Below are positions 42,205-52,867 of a stretch of DNA of 64,000 nucleotides, in pieces. Source of the DNA: Cyanobacteria bacterium auto_48_18 (GTDB taxonomy: Bacteria > Cyanobacteriota > Vampirovibrionia > Obscuribacterales > Obscuribacteraceae); the NCBI GenBank assembly GCA_036170915.1, contig JAVHQC010000016.1, forward strand, positions 69,527 through 133,526, written 5' to 3'. A program made the position numbers and the translations under genes. Position 1 is the first letter of the stretch. Each line of letters starts with the position of its first letter. The notes below the pieces were generated by a model, which saw only the letters and a program-made list of their open reading frames with translations, was not told where the DNA came from and searched no databases.

Positions 42205-42762
42205 TTGAATACTCAAATTAACATCAATGCTGATAGTCAAAAACGAGTGCCCAGGCGCATCATGGGTATTGACCCCGGCACGGCTACAGTGGGCTTCGGT
42301 ATAGTCGATTGGATCGCAGGTGATAGCTTCAAATATATATCATCAGGTGTAATTTCAACGCCGAAAACCATGGCAGCCGCCAATCGGCTGAAGATGATTC
42401 GTGAAGATCTCATTTGTCTGATCGAAGAATTTACGCCAGATGAGTGTGGTGTTGAAGCGATTTTTTTCTTCAAGAATGCCAAAACGGTGATTCCCGTGGC
42501 TCAAGCTCGCGGTGTGATTCTCGAGACTCTAGCCACCTTTGACATTATTGCTGGCGAGTACACACCTATGCAGGTTAAGCTTCACGTCACTGGTTATGGC
42601 AAGGCCGAAAAGCCCGAAGTGCAATGGGCAGTGGCCAAGATGCTTGCCCTTGAAGCCATAGTCAAACCCGATGACGCGTCTGATGCCCTTGCCATTGCCT
42701 TGACTCATGCCAGGTTAACCTGTCACCTGGCACCACAACCCTTAGTCAGGGCAAAAATCTAG
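42205..42762 (+). CDS. ruvC: Holliday junction resolvase RuvC
   Basis: IMGIDPG, AQARGV, TGYGKAEK, PDDASDALAIA. Confidence 0.95.
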   Translation: MNTQININADSQKRVPRRIMGIDPGTATVGFGIVDWIAGDSFKYISSGVISTPKTMAAANRLKMIREDLICLIEEFTPDECGVEAIFFFKNAKTVIPVAQARGVILETLATFDIIAGEYTPMQVKLHVTGYGKAEKPEVQWAVAKMLALEAIVKPDDASDALAIALTHARLTCHLAPQPLVRAKI

Positions 42763-43532
42763 CTTTGGTGAGAAAGCAATTTCCAGATCACCGTTGCCAC
42801 CACAAGTAGAGCGATGGTGGTCAAATATTTGATCAATCTTCGAAGCATTGAGCGAGGCAAAGAGATGGCAGGCGCAATCAGCGTGGTGCCCGATTTCAAA
42901 TGTAGAGGGGTGAGGGCAATGCCAACTATTGAGCCCCAGCAAACTGCGCTTTCCAGGGTAGCTGTGACAATTTCGAGCCAGGCCGCAGGCATTTCAGTTG
43001 GGGGTGGCACCAGGACAAAACCGAGCACACTCAGTGCACCATAGGCGGCGGCGGTCAGAACAGCTTGCCTGTAGGAATAAGAGAATATCTTCAAAGCAAA
43101 AAGAAAGATCAGAGCCATGGTGGCGAGATATGCTCCAGACATGGCCAATTGATAGAAATAGTCTGTCTTTTCGATTTGCAGCTGGCTGAAGTTGAGCCAG
43201 GGAATCCACTGTTGCTCTCTGTTTGAGCAATAATATGCCACCAGGTCAAAAAGCTGTACCGCCATTCCGGCACCAGCAAATAATGCTAAAAATTCCAGTG
43301 TTTGTACAATTTTATTGTGGGGCAAATTAGTGCTGGTAGAAATTGAGGCTGCATGATTATCTTGATTCTCTTCGCGGCTGTGAATTAGATAGTTGATCAC
43401 AAAAACCGTATAAATCAGGAGCTTAAAATTAGGTGGCTGCGATAGGGCGCACAAAACAGGCACCAGCGCGCTGGCAGCCAGGAGTTGGCGACATTTATTT
43501 TTGATAGTTTCGTCGCTCAGTTCGGTGCTCAA
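42759..43532 (-). CDS. Hypothetical integral membrane protein
   Basis: Multiple hydrophobic segments; 4-nt overlap with the upstream gene. Confidence 0.65.
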   Translation of the reverse strand: MSTELSDETIKNKCRQLLAASALVPVLCALSQPPNFKLLIYTVFVINYLIHSREENQDNHAASISTSTNLPHNKIVQTLEFLALFAGAGMAVQLFDLVAYYCSNREQQWIPWLNFSQLQIEKTDYFYQLAMSGAYLATMALIFLFALKIFSYSYRQAVLTAAAYGALSVLGFVLVPPPTEMPAAWLEIVTATLESAVCWGSIVGIALTPLHLKSGTTLIAPAISLPRSMLRRLIKYLTTIALLVVATVIWKLLSHQS

Positions 43533-44515
43533 TGAATTTGTTTGTCCGTTGATGAGGTCACTGCTCTGGTTTTTTGCTCAGTAAAGTTGAGCCAGGCCTG
43601 TTCGTGACCAAAATGAAAAATTTGAGGATAGAAAATCTCGGCTAAAATTTCCAGGGAATCTATCAGTCTTGGCCCAGGGCGATTGAAATATTGATTGCCG
43701 TCGGCCACGTATACTCTTTGATTTTTAACTGCTTTGAGCTTGTTGTATTGTGCCTGATCCTCGATCAAGTGCATTTCTTCTAAAGTGCGCTTGTTGTCGA
43801 AACCGCATGGCGTGACAATAATGATGTCAGGATCTTTATCGATAATTTCCTGCCAGGACATCCAGGGAGAATGTTTACCGGCCTGGCCAAATAAGTTCTT
43901 GCCGCCAGCCAGCTCCACGAGTTCTGGCATCCAGTTGCCTGCAGCCATTAGGGGTTCAATCCACTCAATTACGGCCACCGAAACTTGCTCTGTGCCTTGA
44001 GCAATTGCTTGCTCAGCTCTTGTCGAGATAGCCTCAATGCGCCTTTGAAATTCTTCAATCAGGCCTTGAGCACGCTCTGGTACTGCCAGTGCTTGCCCTA
44101 TTTTTCTCACATCGTCATAGAAATCGGCCAGGCTATTGGGCTCGAGCGAAACAATTTCTGGTTGGCTGGTGACAAGCTGGCATACGGCTTCTTCGACGTC
44201 GCGCAGGCTTACGGCGCAAACTTCACATTGGGCCTGGGTAATCAGGTGAGTCGGCTGCAATTGTTCAAGCATTGACGCATCGACTTTATAGACTGAAAGC
44301 GATTCTTGCAAAATCGCTTTGACACGTTGGTCAATTTCGTAACTGCTGCCATCTACTTGAAACTTAGGCGCTGTGCAAATCGGCAAGTTATTTATAGTAG
44401 GCGGGTAATCACATTCGTGTGAACGGCCTACCATAAAATCGCCCAGACCAAGAGCGTGCACGATTTCGGTCGAGCTGGCAATCAGAGAAATAATGCGCAG
44501 TTTCTTTTCGATCAT
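43529..44515 (-). CDS. BtuF/TroA-like cobalamin or metal-binding protein
   Basis: RIISLIASSTEIVHALG, VGRSHECDYP, QAQCEVCAV, YFNRPGPRL. Confidence 0.85.
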   Translation of the reverse strand: MIEKKLRIISLIASSTEIVHALGLGDFMVGRSHECDYPPTINNLPICTAPKFQVDGSSYEIDQRVKAILQESLSVYKVDASMLEQLQPTHLITQAQCEVCAVSLRDVEEAVCQLVTSQPEIVSLEPNSLADFYDDVRKIGQALAVPERAQGLIEEFQRRIEAISTRAEQAIAQGTEQVSVAVIEWIEPLMAAGNWMPELVELAGGKNLFGQAGKHSPWMSWQEIIDKDPDIIIVTPCGFDNKRTLEEMHLIEDQAQYNKLKAVKNQRVYVADGNQYFNRPGPRLIDSLEILAEIFYPQIFHFGHEQAWLNFTEQKTRAVTSSTDKQIH

Positions 44516-44892
44516 CTTCCACCATCCTTATTATATCAATGTTAATCTGCTGCATTGCTGGCATTATAGTCGCCACTGGCCATTTCTGTTTTCGCCTTGT
44601 TGGCATGTATAAACGAATATTCTTGCCACTATATCTGGTGCATCGAGGAGACTCTTCGTTGACAGGCTAAATGTGCTCTTGCCGGCTGCCAATCACAAGA
44701 AGAAATTTTTCTCAGACTCTTGAAAAGTTGGCTTTGCCTGCTTGTGGCCCTTTTAACCCAGGTCCTGACATGCTATATTTCATGCCATTGTCGATTATTG
44801 ACCGCTAGAGATCTCTATTGAACGCCACTGATCTCTGTTGATCGCTCATTGGTCGCCAATTCCGCCATTTTCGCCCTCGGAGCTAGCTAAGT

Positions 44893-45786
44893 ATGTTCCG
44901 TTATTTAGTGGCTATAGTTGCCGCCCTTGTCAGTTATTCACTAATACAGCTGGCGATTGTGCCGGTGGTTGAACTGGGCCGCACTCTCGTGGGCAATGCA
45001 CCCAATGTTTATCTCCTCTTTGTCGCTTTTCTTGACTGGGCCAGTTGCATCGCTTGTGTGCTGGTAGGTGTGGCTCTAACTCCAGCGCGGAAACTGTCGG
45101 TAGCGGTGGGTCTCTCCTTGACTGTGGCCTTATTTCATCTGGCACAGATTCTTGTCATTTTTTCTTTTGCTCAAGCCATCGGCGAAGGCATTGTGCCTCT
45201 GTCGTTAATTTATTATGGCGGCTTGATCGTCACCGGCGCGCTCTGCTGTCTGGTTTACGAACAAGTGGCAGTTAAGCATAACTATGAGCACAGTCGTGCC
45301 CTGGCCAATTTGTCTGGCCCGTCTGTGTATAAACAAGCTTTAAACACCGCTGACACAGCTGATGCTCAGGGCCTTACCGCCACAGGGCGGCTGGGCACAT
45401 TGGCACCATCAGCGGTGCCTTTAGAAAGTGGCTATTTCGATTTTGATCTAATTTTGCTTGAAGATGAGCTGCTCAAAATCAAACCCGACCGCGATGCTTA
45501 TATCTCGGCTTTGCGACTAGGAATGGCTATTGAGAGAGATTGCCACTATGTAAATTGCCGCGCCCGCAGCTCGAGCTTTTCGCAATTGATGCGTGACGTC
45601 AGCATGCGCATGGCCGCTACTGAAGCTGAAGAACATGAGTGGCTTGGTATGGCCAATGGTTTTAGACTTTATCAATTTGAAGAAAAAGAAGAGCGCATCA
45701 AGCGTCTGGCAACTCTTGAAGCAATTCTCAATCAAAGCAAGTATGAGGTCAAACCAGACCTTGCCGAACTGGTCTTATCCAGTTAA
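44893..45786 (+). CDS. Hypothetical membrane protein (about four N-terminal TM segments)
   Basis: 297-aa ORF, hydrophobic N-terminal half. Confidence 0.6.
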   Translation: MFRYLVAIVAALVSYSLIQLAIVPVVELGRTLVGNAPNVYLLFVAFLDWASCIACVLVGVALTPARKLSVAVGLSLTVALFHLAQILVIFSFAQAIGEGIVPLSLIYYGGLIVTGALCCLVYEQVAVKHNYEHSRALANLSGPSVYKQALNTADTADAQGLTATGRLGTLAPSAVPLESGYFDFDLILLEDELLKIKPDRDAYISALRLGMAIERDCHYVNCRARSSSFSQLMRDVSMRMAATEAEEHEWLGMANGFRLYQFEEKEERIKRLATLEAILNQSKYEVKPDLAELVLSS

Positions 45787-46280
45787 CTGCCGGTTTTAGC
45801 TTCAACTTGATCTAACAGATCAATAAACTGATTTCTAAACGTAGCGATGATGCGTCGCAGCTCCGCCTGTGTGGTCTCGCATACCACTCCTCCGCCACCC
45901 TGGCTCATAAAGGCGGTCAGCTCAGGCACTTCCACTAGAGATTGAGTGCCTTGCTGATTGTGCGAAGCGAATTCTTCTATCCAAGAAATAGGCGAACTCA
46001 AGAATATTTTGTTGCGTTTTGCGTATGGATGTTTCAACTCCACCAGATTGCCGTCGGCGGTCATCAGGCGCAAGGTGCCTGGCACAATGCGATATGGCGG
46101 AAGGTTATGGTCTTCGGTCTGGTAAAACTCGATGGCGCTGGCGTAACCCTGCAACTCACTGGCCAGCCATAATAATTTTTCATCTGCAATTTTGCCGCGC
46201 AGTTGCGGCAGCGCTTGAGGAAGCGCCTGGTTGAAAGTGATTTGGCCAGCCAGTAATTTGGCTTTCAATTCCTGAAACAC
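45783..46280 (-). CDS. AbiTii-like domain protein
   Basis: LLWLASELQGY...LPPYRIVPG resembles the AbiTii W..xELxGY..PxYR pattern; GAGG SD before GTG. Confidence 0.55.
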   Translation of the reverse strand: MFQELKAKLLAGQITFNQALPQALPQLRGKIADEKLLWLASELQGYASAIEFYQTEDHNLPPYRIVPGTLRLMTADGNLVELKHPYAKRNKIFLSSPISWIEEFASHNQQGTQSLVEVPELTAFMSQGGGGVVCETTQAELRRIIATFRNQFIDLLDQVEAKTGS

Positions 46281-46565
46281 GGCAACCTCGCAAGTGACGG
46301 CACAAGTCTAACCTGATTTGCATCCGGAAAGGTAGTGTGGAAGCTTTCTAAAAAAAAGACTGAGTACTAGTAAATTGGCCGAATTTTAAGATTTCTCCCC
46401 CTTAGAGTTGTTCCACGAGCCCTTGAAAATATGCATTTGCTGGATAAATTCAATGAAAACAAGCATTTCGCAGTGCTAAGTTTTTCGATCATGAGACGGG
46501 TTAATGGGCAAGAACACGTATCTAGCTGACATAATTTGCCAAGATGACTGAAGACAAGTGAATCG

Positions 46566-47732
46566 ATGACTATTCGCAATCGCCCGGGCGCGTCACCGGC
46601 AGCAAAAACAGGTACCGGAACAGCTGCAAAGCCTGATAAAACAGGCAGAAGCGGTCATGACCATGTCCAGGATAATTGTCTGGCCGCCGACGGCACTGAC
46701 GCTTCTCAAGGTAGTGGTTCACGGCAGATTGATTTGACCACCATCATTGCTCCTGTGGCTCATGAACTGAAGCTGGTGGAAGAATGGTTGACCACTAATT
46801 TAATTGACGATAGCCCATTTGTGGGCGGGTTGCTGGCTCAAATATTCCAGGCCGGCGGCAAACGCATTCGACCTTTGATTTCACTTTTAGGCTCCAAAGC
46901 CAGTCTTTGCGATCCGGCTCAAGATCTGGCTCACAGTCAGATGTCGCGATTACATATTATTTTGGCGGTCTTAACTGAGCTGATTCACGCAGCCAGTCTG
47001 GTTCATGATGATGTTATTGACGCTTCAGCGACAAGACGTGGCAAAGAAACTGTCAACAAACGCTTTAATGACAAGCTAGCGGTTTTACTTGGCGATTTGC
47101 TCTTTGCCCAGGCTTCCATTTGCCTGGCACGTATCATGAACCCTGTAGTGGTCGGCATTTATGGCCAGGTGCTGGGAGATCTTTGCAGCGGCGAAATTGG
47201 TCAAATGCGCCAACAATTTGTCTCAACGGTTGATTGGGATGGTTATATCCAGAAGTCTGTCAATAAAACCGCCTCTTTGATTGCGGCCGGGGCCCACAGT
47301 GGCGCGATTCTCAACGCCAGGCCTGATGCCGTAGTCTTAGCGCTCAAAGATTACGGCACCAATTTGGGTGTTTGTTTTCAAATTGTTGACGATTTATTGG
47401 ACGTCACCGGTTCGGCGCACGAAACCGGCAAGCCTGTGGGAAATGACTTGCGCAATGGTTTGCTGACAGCACCAGCTTTGTATGTTCTGGAAAAAAATGA
47501 CGCTGCCGCCAGCCGCTTGATTGAACTGATCAACAACCGTGGTGTGCAAACAGACGAAGGCGTAGAGGAAGCTCTACAACTTATAACTAGTAGTGGTGGT
47601 GTGGAAAAAGCCATGGCCCTGGCCGCTTCTTATGGGCAGCTGGCAAAAGATTCTCTGGCGATTTTGCCTGATAGCGAAAGCAAACAATCGCTCATAGATA
47701 TGGTTGATTATGTTCTTGTGAGAAGCAACTAA
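46566..47732 (+). CDS. Long-chain polyprenyl diphosphate synthase
   Basis: GGKRIRP, LVHDDVID, KTASL, FQIVDDLLD. Confidence 0.93.
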   Translation: MTIRNRPGASPAAKTGTGTAAKPDKTGRSGHDHVQDNCLAADGTDASQGSGSRQIDLTTIIAPVAHELKLVEEWLTTNLIDDSPFVGGLLAQIFQAGGKRIRPLISLLGSKASLCDPAQDLAHSQMSRLHIILAVLTELIHAASLVHDDVIDASATRRGKETVNKRFNDKLAVLLGDLLFAQASICLARIMNPVVVGIYGQVLGDLCSGEIGQMRQQFVSTVDWDGYIQKSVNKTASLIAAGAHSGAILNARPDAVVLALKDYGTNLGVCFQIVDDLLDVTGSAHETGKPVGNDLRNGLLTAPALYVLEKNDAAASRLIELINNRGVQTDEGVEEALQLITSSGGVEKAMALAASYGQLAKDSLAILPDSESKQSLIDMVDYVLVRSN

Positions 47733-47739
47733 TTATTTA

Positions 47740-48492
47740 GTGGTTTTTAAGGTTTCAACTATGACTGTTATCAACGACAAGATTATGCAAACCAGACAAA
47801 ACAATCACGTTCGTTATGAAAGCTTTTATCCCCTCGGCCTTGCTCTCAACGGCAAATATGTGGCGGTGTTTGGCGGTAATGATGCCGCCTATGCTGCCCT
47901 CTTGCACTTAATGGAAGCTGGTGCCAACGCCACTGTCATTGCTCAAGGTTTCGTCAGTGAAATTCAAGAATTACAATTGACTTATGGCCGCCGTATTGAA
48001 CTTGTACGGCGAAACGAAAGTGATTATCTGGAAAACTTCATGTTTTCGGCACCCGGCATTGCTTTCAGCTTGATCTTTTCATTTGTGGAAAGTCAGCCAT
48101 TTAGTGATCGTCTTTTAGTCTTGGCTGAAGAGCAACCGGTTTCTATTCCTGTTTTTTCGCAAAACAATGTCAAAGCGGCTAGTTTTGTGCCGGTGACAGT
48201 TTTGAAGCGCGGGCATGTAAAAATTTCTGTCTCCACCGATGGGCTCTGCCAGCCACTTGAGTCGGCATTGACTGCACGCATTGAAGAGCTTTTGATCAAT
48301 GACTTTGATCACTACTCTTTATTTGTGGCAGCGGTGCAGGAGCGCCTGGAAGACGATAACGAATTGTCAGCATTGCTCAATTGCTCAGAGGAGCTGGCAT
48401 CTGCTCTGTCTCGCCGCAACTTCGATGAGGCTCTGAAAATAATCGATCATTTAAAGAAGCCTGTGATTGAGGAGCCTTTAAATGGCGACTGA
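47740..48492 (+). CDS. Precorrin-2 dehydrogenase/ferrochelatase (SirC/Met8/CysG N-terminal)-like protein, divergent
   Basis: YPLGLALNGKYVAVFGG, LKRGHVKISVSTDG; start uncertain. Confidence 0.65.
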   Translation: MVFKVSTMTVINDKIMQTRQNNHVRYESFYPLGLALNGKYVAVFGGNDAAYAALLHLMEAGANATVIAQGFVSEIQELQLTYGRRIELVRRNESDYLENFMFSAPGIAFSLIFSFVESQPFSDRLLVLAEEQPVSIPVFSQNNVKAASFVPVTVLKRGHVKISVSTDGLCQPLESALTARIEELLINDFDHYSLFVAAVQERLEDDNELSALLNCSEELASALSRRNFDEALKIIDHLKKPVIEEPLNGD

Positions 48493-49978
48493 AACACTGA
48501 CAACAGGTGAAGATCAAAGTGGTTCACCGGATAAAGCAAGTACGTCTGGTATTGCTGGTGATGTCACTACTGCAATTGTTGTTAAGCCTGAACCTGCCAG
48601 GCGGCAACTGTCGCCCTTCGCTTCAGTAAAACTTTCTGTCACTTTAATGTCGCTGATGGCACTGACAATTTTAATTGGTGCCGGTTGCCCGCAAGAGTCA
48701 CAGGTGGGTCAAGCCAAAGTATTTGAAGCTTTTGACAGGCAAACGGCCGAATTTTTAATTCGCTTTGGCATTAGTGATATTTTCCACTCACCGTGGTTTC
48801 TAGCACTAACTGCCACCATGACCTTGAATATGATTGTGGTTAGTTTTCAGAGAGTCTTTCCTAAACTCTGGCAATACAATAAATCGCTGCCTTTTTTGCG
48901 CGGTCAAGACATAGCAAAAACCAGTGTTCATCACATTCTTAAACTCTCTACATCGGCAGCAGACAGCGCTCAGCCCGCCTCGCACCAGCAGGCTGCTCTT
49001 TTAGCCGAACTGTCGCAAAGACTGACCAAGATGGGCTACAAAGTAAAGATCGAAGGGCTCAAGCTTAAAGGTGAATACGGTAAAGTCGGACGCCTAGCAC
49101 CTTCTATTACTCATGTGGGACTGCTTACACTTTTGCTTGGTGTCACCGTTACCTCATGGACCGGCTTTAATGGTTTTCAGCCAGTTTTACTTGATGAAAA
49201 ATTGAATTTTTCCGATTCACAACACAGTAAATTATGGATAGGTAAATTGCCTCAATGGCAAGTGCGTGTTGATGGCACCAGGCGCGAGAACTACAGTAGT
49301 GGTGAAGCTAAACAATGGTTCAGCACTCTCACTTGCATAGATGACAAAGGCAAAGTTTTGCACCAGGGCGAAATTTCAGTCAACAATCCACTTAGTTACG
49401 AGGGTGTGGATATTTACCAGTCGAGCTGGGGCCTGGCTAAGCTTGCCATCAGCTTTAACGGTCATAAGCGCGAGCTAGATTTGAATCCGATGGGCAAAAA
49501 ATATGCTTGCTTTTTGCCTCTCGATCAAGACACGGTATTAATCATGTCGCTCACTTCAGAGGGCCAGAATCTGAGGCTCTTTGCCAAACGTCGAGAATGG
49601 CAGGCACCAAAATTGATATCAGAAATCGAGGCCGGTAAAACTATCAGACTGGGTGACGTTGATCTTAAATTTGAAAAAGTAATTCCCATCACCGGTCTTC
49701 AATATAAATGCGATCCTGGTCTACCGATTACTTATGTGGCTTTCGGCATCATCATGCTGGGCGTACTTCTCGCCGCTGTGCCCCATCGACACATTTGGGT
49801 GGCGATTGAGCAAAATATGTTCTATATAGGTGGCAATTCGCGCAAAGCAAAAGTTGGTTTTGAGCGCAGTCTCGAAAATTTAGTGCAAAAACTACGTGGC
49901 GAGTTTACTTTTGAAGCCTTTCCAATTGCCGAAAGCCCTTCACCTGGTAAGCCCAAAGAGGAACAAAATGTCGTCTGA
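48482..49978 (+). CDS. ccsB: Cytochrome c biogenesis protein ResB/Ccs1 (System II)
   Basis: DIFHSPWF, THVGLL, ISVNNPLSYEGVDIYQSSW, DPGLPITY. Confidence 0.92.
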   Translation: MATETLTTGEDQSGSPDKASTSGIAGDVTTAIVVKPEPARRQLSPFASVKLSVTLMSLMALTILIGAGCPQESQVGQAKVFEAFDRQTAEFLIRFGISDIFHSPWFLALTATMTLNMIVVSFQRVFPKLWQYNKSLPFLRGQDIAKTSVHHILKLSTSAADSAQPASHQQAALLAELSQRLTKMGYKVKIEGLKLKGEYGKVGRLAPSITHVGLLTLLLGVTVTSWTGFNGFQPVLLDEKLNFSDSQHSKLWIGKLPQWQVRVDGTRRENYSSGEAKQWFSTLTCIDDKGKVLHQGEISVNNPLSYEGVDIYQSSWGLAKLAISFNGHKRELDLNPMGKKYACFLPLDQDTVLIMSLTSEGQNLRLFAKRREWQAPKLISEIEAGKTIRLGDVDLKFEKVIPITGLQYKCDPGLPITYVAFGIIMLGVLLAAVPHRHIWVAIEQNMFYIGGNSRKAKVGFERSLENLVQKLRGEFTFEAFPIAESPSPGKPKEEQNVV

Positions 49979-50975
49979 TTTTCAGTTGGTTTTAACCAAC
50001 ACTGCCGGATTATCCTCAGTGGCTTCTTTCTGGGTTTTTGTCGCTTCCAACGCCTCAAAGCGTTTCCAAAATGTCACCCTTAAGGTGGCTAATATCGTCA
50101 TGTTGATTGGCTTTGTCGCCTTAACCATCGCTATTATCACTCGCGGAATTGAAGCTGAGCGCTTTCCTCTGGCCAATCTATACGAGTCGCTGTTGTGGTT
50201 CGCCTGGGCCACCATGGGTGGTTTCCTTTATCTCAGCCGTGCTTATGGCATCCAGCAACTTGGCTGGTTGGCCAGTCTTGTGGCTGCCACAATGTTTCTC
50301 TATGGCAGTTGGTTGCCGCAAAGCCAGCACGACATTACACCTCTGGTACCTGCTCTGGTTAGTTACTGGCGTCAAATACATGTGCCACCGCTGATAATTT
50401 CTTATGCCATGTTTTTCCTTGCTGGTCTGTCAGGTTTGCTCAATCTCTGGCAATCAGGTCGTTTGCGCTCACTGGCTTTTTGTATCGGCACAATCATTGC
50501 CGCTTCTAGCGCTATTGGCCTCGGTACATTCAGTAAAGTCGATACGCTCTGGCTACAGCTCTTGTTTGTAGGAAGCTCTATCATCGGGCCTTTCGCCGCT
50601 TTTCGCGCCCTGGGCAAAGTAGACCCTGCCATTGATCAATCGCCCGCTTCACGCAAAGCGGCCGAGATGTATGACGATGTGGGTTACCGCTGCGTCTCCA
50701 TTGGTTTTCCACTGCTCACAATTGGCATTATTACAGGTGGTCTTTGGGCTAATCATGCCTGGGGCAGTTACTGGTCGTGGGACCCGAAAGAGTCTATGGC
50801 GCTTGTTACCTGGCTTTCGTATGCCGCTTATATTCACTTGCGCATTCAAAGAGAACTATCGGCCGAGAAACTTTCCATTGTTTCTGTCATCGGTTTGCTT
50901 TTGACCTTGCTCACCTACCTGGGCTTTAACTCCCTTGGTTTCGGCGGTTTGCATAGTTACGGAAAGTTCAAATAA
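49968..50975 (+). CDS. ccsA: Cytochrome c biogenesis protein CcsA
   Basis: FPLANLYES, WWD domain WANHAWGSYWSWDPKE, GLHSYG; ATG 49968 with GAGG SD. Confidence 0.95.
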   Translation: MSSDFQLVLTNTAGLSSVASFWVFVASNASKRFQNVTLKVANIVMLIGFVALTIAIITRGIEAERFPLANLYESLLWFAWATMGGFLYLSRAYGIQQLGWLASLVAATMFLYGSWLPQSQHDITPLVPALVSYWRQIHVPPLIISYAMFFLAGLSGLLNLWQSGRLRSLAFCIGTIIAASSAIGLGTFSKVDTLWLQLLFVGSSIIGPFAAFRALGKVDPAIDQSPASRKAAEMYDDVGYRCVSIGFPLLTIGIITGGLWANHAWGSYWSWDPKESMALVTWLSYAAYIHLRIQRELSAEKLSIVSVIGLLLTLLTYLGFNSLGFGGLHSYGKFK

Positions 50976-51162
50976 GTAGCTGATTTTATCCAGTTTTATT
51001 TTTATTGCTGGCAACCTGTCTCTGGTGTGCCAGCGTCCTGCCTTTGTTGCCTGCTTGTAAGGAGCAGGCAAAAACAGGCTTAACCTTGACCCATTCCAGG
51101 GTTTACCCGGTTATCAAGAGCATGGTCGGAACATTTTAATAGGAGGGGGCGTCAGTCAGTAC

Positions 51163-52224
51163 ATGCAAACTAAAACTCACTCAAGCAAAACCCCTGTAAA
51201 TAGGAATCCACAACCAGCGGCCGGAGCCGCAAGCATAATGGCAAGAAAAGCGCAAAAAGAAAAAGAATTTACGTATAACTCGGCAGACAGCGTCTTTGAC
51301 GAAGCCTTCGAAGAAGAGCTCGGGCTCGTGTCCACAGAAGACGGAGCCGAAGAAGAAGAAGTAGAAGTGCCCCGTGGTCGTTTAATCAGTACTCCAGGTG
51401 AAGATCCTGTGCAGTTTTATCTGCGTTCTATCGGTCGCATTCGCCTGCTCACAGCTGTCGAAGAAATCGAACTGGCAAGACGCATTCAAATTGGCGACGA
51501 CCTGGCTAAGAAAAAGTTGGTGCAGGCAAATCTGCGTCTGGTTGTTAGCGTCGCGAAGAAATATCAAGGTCGCGGTCTACCTTTGCTTGATTTGATTCAA
51601 GAAGGAAATCTCGGTTTGATTCGTGCCGCTGAAAAGTTTGATGCCGAAAGGGGCTATAAGTTCTCCACATATGCCACCTGGTGGATTCGTCAAGGCATTA
51701 CACGAGCCATCGCTGATAAGTCACGCACTATTCGTGTGCCTGTGCACATGGTTGAAACCATCAACAATCTGCGCAAGATCACACGCAAGCTCTCGCAAGA
51801 GTTAGACCGCAGGCCGACTTTAGAAGACCTGGCCAAGGGCCTTGGTGTCAGTGTTGAGAAAGTACGCGATATTCTCGCTGCTAATCGCTCGCCACTGTCG
51901 CTGGATACTCCTTATGGAGAAGAAGACGATAACTCGCTTTCTGAAGTAGTGGAAGATGAAAATCATTCTTCACCTGAAGACACTACTGCTCAAAGCCTGA
52001 TGTCAGCTGATATTCGTGGAGTGCTTTCTATGCTTACCGCTCGCGAGCGCGAAATTATTATTTTGCGTTTTGGCCTCAACGACGGTAAACCACGTACGCT
52101 TGAACAAGTTGGTAAGCTTGTGGGCATCACCAGAGAACGCACTCGTCAAATTGAAATTAAAGCATTGCGCTTTTTAAGACAATCGAGACAGGGTGCTCAA
52201 TTGAAAGACTATCTGGAAGCCTGA
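51163..52224 (+). CDS. RpoD-like sigma-70 factor (group 1/2)
   Basis: [44 protein letters not shown]. Confidence 0.95.
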   Translation: MQTKTHSSKTPVNRNPQPAAGAASIMARKAQKEKEFTYNSADSVFDEAFEEELGLVSTEDGAEEEEVEVPRGRLISTPGEDPVQFYLRSIGRIRLLTAVEEIELARRIQIGDDLAKKKLVQANLRLVVSVAKKYQGRGLPLLDLIQEGNLGLIRAAEKFDAERGYKFSTYATWWIRQGITRAIADKSRTIRVPVHMVETINNLRKITRKLSQELDRRPTLEDLAKGLGVSVEKVRDILAANRSPLSLDTPYGEEDDNSLSEVVEDENHSSPEDTTAQSLMSADIRGVLSMLTAREREIIILRFGLNDGKPRTLEQVGKLVGITRERTRQIEIKALRFLRQSRQGAQLKDYLEA

Positions 52225-52264
52225 AGCTAACTTGCCATATCAATAATCGCGATATCAATAAAAG

Positions 52265-52294
52265 AAAAACTCAACCGTCAGCGGTTGAGTTTTT
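52265..52294. terminator. Bidirectional terminator
   Basis: AAAAACTCAACCG-TCAG-CGGTTGAGTTTTT. Confidence 0.85.
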
Positions 52295-52324
52295 TCTTTA
52301 GGTTCACCAGAGGTGGTGCTTTTG

Positions 52325-52762
52325 TTAGACGCGAATCTCTTGAATGACGCCATCTTTTACGAGAATTTCTCCACCTTCTAAACGCTGGAAAATATTTTCG
52401 CCAATGCGCACTTCTACTGGGTTCTCTACGGTGAATTGCGTCACCACACTACCCACAGGTAATTCGGAGAGAGCCTGATTTTGTCCTTGCATTTCTTCTT
52501 TTAGTTGCAGAAGACGCATTTTTTCTGCTTCAACTTGCGAACGAATAGTTTCGATTTGCATACGGGCATCATTTGAGACCATGCCGCCGGCTTTTTTCTC
52601 AATGTCGGCCACAGCGCGCTTGCCTTTGAATTCTAATTGCTGAAGTTCAGCATCGATTTGCTGAATATTACGCAGGATTTCATTGGCAACCTGGGCTTTA
52701 AAGTTTTCAGTGACAATTGCTCTCACAGCTATCTGTCGGATGAGGCTAATTGACTCAGCCAT
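52325..52762 (-). CDS. YlqD family protein
   Basis: RQIAVRAIVTE, coiled coil, EILVKDGVIQEIR; AGGAGG SD. Confidence 0.85.
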   Translation of the reverse strand: MAESISLIRQIAVRAIVTENFKAQVANEILRNIQQIDAELQQLEFKGKRAVADIEKKAGGMVSNDARMQIETIRSQVEAEKMRLLQLKEEMQGQNQALSELPVGSVVTQFTVENPVEVRIGENIFQRLEGGEILVKDGVIQEIRV

Positions 52763-52867
52763 TGAGGTCCTCCTAACAAAATTTAGTTTCCTGGTCTCAG
52801 CTAGTAATGACATGCTTCTATTAAGCTTGGGGCTAGTTTAGCAGACTGTCGCTTAGCTGAGTTGTCA

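Noticed and set aside
44516..44892. Cobalamin riboswitch upstream of the BtuF-like gene
   Set aside because: GCCACTG occurs only on the opposite strand and I could not find the other conserved B12-box elements
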